A DNA stretch of 64,000 nt from Phoronis australis (lineage: Eukaryota > Animalia > Phoronida). The notes below the pieces were generated by a model that did not search any database, had not been told where the DNA came from, and saw only the letters and a list, made by a program, of their open reading frames with translations. The DNA lies in NCBI GenBank assembly GCA_002633005.1, contig NMRA01000496.1, positions 244,607 through 308,606 on the forward strand, in the 5' to 3' direction. Both the position numbers and the translations under genes were made by a program. Of the stretch, positions 62,501-64,000 are shown one piece after another (the first letter of the stretch is position 1; the number at the start of each line of letters is the position of its first letter).

Positions 62501-62947
62501 AAGGAGGACTGATGCGTGGGCTTTTTAGGAAATTTTTGTTGCAATCTTGCTGTGCAAAACACTGTGAATGGTATTTGACGAAAGAACAATTACTAATGAT
62601 GGTTTGTTGAAACCCTGTTTTATGTAAACTTATTGAGTTTTGTGTTTGATATGGACGGTTGAAGTGAGGCACCAGTGGAATTCCTTGTCCAGAGTGTCAT
62701 ACTTTGTAGTATTATATATATTGTATTGGGGACGATCAGAAGCTGAGGACGCCTGTGGCCTGTGCCCGTGCCGTGGTTTGTTACAATTTTTGCGCGTGCG
62801 ACCTGTTTAGATTTTCAAATGTGCAGAACACTGCATAGAAAGGTTTAACAGTTGGAAATTACAAGAAAGTGGAGCTCAAGGCGCCTGAGATCCAAACGTC
62901 ATTTATTCGACACCCAAAGATAAAAGGCTCACACAATCACTCACCAT
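47476..62947 (-). CDS. ISY1: Pre-mRNA-splicing factor ISY1 homolog, 11 coding exons, 282 aa
   Basis: Exons 62945-62947, 61060-61082, 60472-60520, 59389-59497, 55923-56035, 54890-54951, 51287-51342, 50497-50619, 48666-48778, 47774-47863 and 47476-47583 join in phase (849 nt). Product: MARNSEKAMTTLARWRAAH...RRPYLATEC...GLGEFRLRDLNDEINKLLREKGHWE...GKEVPGNRGYKYFGAARDLPGVRELFE...DYYGYRDEDDG...FIAHVPVPSQKEIEEALVRRKKMELLQKYASE...LLGL*, recognisable as ISY1. Confidence 0.97.
47774..47863 (-). CDS. ISY1: ISY1 exon 10 (SDEES...HFIAHVPVPSQKE)
   Basis: gtag acceptor; donor is GAG|gcaagt (GC-AG intron). Confidence 0.93.
47949..48128. repeat. 60-bp repeat, 3 copies
   Basis: cttcactaatgacttaca..tgacca...tcaca.gtcaagggg. 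Confidence 0.9.
48197..48418. repeat. 20-bp minisatellite, 11 copies
   Basis: aatgagacattgctcaggca. Confidence 0.97.
48666..48778 (-). CDS. ISY1: ISY1 exon 9 (IQEKVDEWKTKKEAILRG...TNIYSVTENE)
   Basis: tttag acceptor, gtcggc donor, phase 1->0; matches the ISY1 'V.KWK...NIY.V' region. Confidence 0.92.
49800..50430 (-). mobile_element. HINE family fragment in ISY1 intron 8
   Basis: Shares 'gacaaagatgatggcaacatgcaac', 'cactagagggca' and 'aaaatttcataaa' modules with 58150-59299. Confidence 0.6.
50497..50619 (-). CDS. ISY1: ISY1 exon 8 (PPAPRKTRAELMKDIDADYYGYRDEDDGVLMPLELEKEKI)
   Basis: tttag acceptor, gtaagg donor, conserved peptide. Confidence 0.96.
51287..51342 (-). CDS. ISY1: ISY1 exon 7 (YFGAARDLPGVRELFEQE)
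   Basis: tgcag acceptor, gttagt donor, conserved peptide. Confidence 0.96.
51687..52052. repeat. ~42-bp minisatellite
   Basis: aaaatgacacgtcattacaagtcaacttgtagagtccagtct-like units. Confidence 0.9.
52221..52653. repeat. 39-bp minisatellite, 11 copies
   Basis: aggaatactgtaacagctatgatatatatccaaagc-type units; explains ORFs 52153-52653. Confidence 0.95.
52942..53229 (+). other. Orphan terminal-exon-like acidic ORF, antisense within ISY1 intron 6
   Basis: gtgtgcag acceptor, 95 open codons (VEENGCDEDFVSSRSPTPLSTPTPGGSRNGS...E-rich), TAA stop, AATAAA at ~53385. Confidence 0.4.
53310..54735. repeat. ~710 bp tandem duplication joined at a single N (54018)
   Basis: 53310-54017 and 54019-54735 are near-identical, with scattered substitutions and indels. 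Confidence 0.9.
53452..53737. mobile_element. Harbinger-like MITE (second copy at ~54160-54447)
   Basis: Long imperfect TIRs: ggggtctatctcatgaaa..acttaag.cacaaatttggtct.acgctcc / ggagcgtaagaccaaatttctgtcttaag..tttcat.aaatagaacc. Confidence 0.6.
54890..54951 (-). CDS. ISY1: ISY1 exon 6 (RIGPKMLDQEGKEVPGNRGYK)
   Basis: ttttcag acceptor, gtgagt donor, conserved peptide. Confidence 0.96.
55750..55950. repeat. 52-bp tandem repeat built from the ISY1 exon 5 / intron 5 junction
   Basis: Four units, each containing (- strand) ..GACTAT(A/G)AG|gtaggtgtgca. Confidence 0.92.
55923..56035 (-). CDS. ISY1: ISY1 exon 5 (GLGEFRLRDLNDEINKLLREKGHWEDRIVELGGPDYK)
   Basis: aacag acceptor, gtaggt donor, conserved peptide. 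Confidence 0.96.
56986..57804. other. Assembly gap (819 N) flanked by a 23-bp minisatellite
   Basis: N run; gtgactatggttcgtgtacgtct repeats at 57805-57935 and one unit at ~56897. Confidence 0.98.
58150..59299 (-). mobile_element. Non-autonomous Helentron/DINE-1-like element (HINE), apparently complete
   Basis: 5' end TTTTT-ATGCGCCCACATA with an adjacent inverted repeat; 3' end GGGCGCAT subTIR + CAATGC-TCT-GCGTTG hairpin + CTTGT; internal modular repeats. Confidence 0.7.
59389..59497 (-). CDS. ISY1: ISY1 exon 4 (DRRPYLATECDDLKKCEKYRRQIIGEISRKVAQIQN)
   Basis: AG/GT sites and conserved ISY1 peptide. Confidence 0.96.
60472..60520 (-). CDS. ISY1: ISY1 exon 3 (TTLARWRAAHLEKKVE)
   Basis: tttcag acceptor, gtcagt donor, phase 2->0. 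Confidence 0.9.
61060..61082 (-). CDS. ISY1: ISY1 exon 2 (ARNSEKAM)
   Basis: ttttcag|GCACGAAATTCAGAAAAAGCAAT|gtgagt. Confidence 0.92.
61115..62006 (-). mobile_element. 5'-truncated Penelope-like element in ISY1 intron 1
   Basis: Colinear with 31735-33150: GIY-YIG ORF pieces 61487-61924, pLTR and the N-terminal ORF repeat; short inverted 5' segment at 61953-62006. Confidence 0.85.
61301..61336 (-). ncRNA. Minimal hammerhead ribozyme relic (copy 2, GAAA->AAAA)
   Basis: - strand: AGC CUGAAGA u GAGAU augu GUCUC AAAA UAUC GCU; stem II intact, catalytic G12 mutated. Confidence 0.55.
62945..62947 (-). CDS. ISY1: ISY1 exon 1 (ATG only)
   Basis: cttgaaaATG|gtgagt on the - strand; phase 0 matches the next exon (GCA CGA AAT). 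Confidence 0.75.
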
Positions 62948-63174
62948 TTTCAAGTCCTTTCAGCAAATCAGTAGAAACGAGCACACTTCGTTCGCCTAAC
63001 TCTTATTACCTTATCCGGTGATTTACTGTAATCGACGAGCACTGTGTTGACGTTGAAATAAAAAATACGACCTATCAGTATCATAAAAACCAATATGGCC
63101 AATATTAAGTAGTCAAGAGGAGGACTTTTCGTATCCATATATTGAAAAAAAACGATAAATACTTAATTACATTT

Positions 63175-63245
63175 AACTTCCGTCGTTCATCGAAGGTGCT
63201 TTTTATATGTAACTTCCGCCAATAGCTTCCAACTTCCGCCAGTGG
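63175..63245 (-). promoter_or_regulatory. Probable ISY1 proximal promoter: three ETS-type AACTTCCG motifs and a CCAAT
   Basis: AACTTCCG at ~63175, 63211 and 63231, with GCCAAT at ~63218, about 230-300 bp upstream of the ATG; typical of housekeeping promoters. Confidence 0.5.
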
Positions 63246-63420
63246 CTTACAGCATGGTTTGTTTTTCTTATTCTCATTTTTGTAGCTTTGGCGCTTGCTC
63301 TTTCTTCAAAATCATGAAACCAAAAATTGTCATTTTTGAGGAGCACTAGGTTATAATGGTTCGATTTTGAGAGGTGCCGTGTAATTAGTAATTACGACTG
63401 TCGCTGGCGCTACACCAGCC

Positions 63421-63568
63421 GGCGTGCGTTCAGACTTCAGTAAACGCTAGGACCTAGCTAAAACCTAGTCAAAGTCACGTGTTCTCATTTAAAGATTTAA
63501 AGTACACGACAATGTCTCTTGCGAAGTCTTGCTTTTTAGCGAGGTCCTAGCGTTACTGAATGGGAGGC
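63421..63568. mobile_element. ~150 bp MITE, copy 4 (upstream of ISY1)
   Basis: Homology to 2351-2499. Confidence 0.7.
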
Positions 63569-64000
63569 AGGTTAGCACGCCGCGTAACACTGCCTGAGTT
63601 CTGTTACGCTATGACATCTCTAAAAAGCAAGACTTCGAGAGATTGTGTAGGGAGGACAATCGAAAAGTAGGTCACGGTGCTCCATATCTGCCTCCGTGTA
63701 AAACCCACGTCGGTAAATTACCCGATTTCAGACTTCAAAGTTAACTATAAGACAATTTTGTGTTATGAATCGTTACCTTAGTCTTTATTTGTAAGTTTGT
63801 AATCTTTTTGTCTCAAATTAGCGCTGATAAATCATTTTTTGTAAGCTTTTTTTAGCGCACGATTTTCCGCCATGCGATCAACTTTCGAAAAAGTACCTCT
63901 TGTTCCTCCTATCCAAAAGAGCACTATACTCTCAAATACAAACATGAAATTTGGACAGGATGTAGTTTAGATGCGTGCGCATCTCCTCAAGTTGTTTTCT

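Overview
AT-rich, repeat-dense eukaryotic (animal) genomic DNA, probably from a marine invertebrate (inference). Most ORFs in the supplied track are spurious. Manual splicing gives three intron-containing genes. (1) A complete 11-exon ISY1 splicing-factor gene on the - strand (62947->47476, 282 aa) whose last intron is GC-AG. (2) A carbohydrate (Gal/GlcNAc-6-O type, CHST-like) sulfotransferase on the - strand, with the 5'-PSB exon at 12180-12360 and the large terminal exon at 8369-9212; its N-terminus is unresolved. (3) A 7-exon + strand gene (39622-46100), visible only as fragments in the ORF track, that encodes a divergent TOG/HEAT domain resembling TOGARAM/crescerin. Mobile DNA includes four ~1.65 kb non-autonomous Kolobok-like elements (TTAA targets, THAP and KolX-like remnants), two Penelope-like elements each carrying a minimal hammerhead ribozyme, Helentron-type (HINE) elements loaded with CTCF-like motifs, L1/Tx1 and BEL/Pao relics, several MITE families and many minisatellites. 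There is an 819-N gap and no CRISPR array, rRNA or tRNA gene. All family assignments come from motif recognition by eye; no database searches were run.
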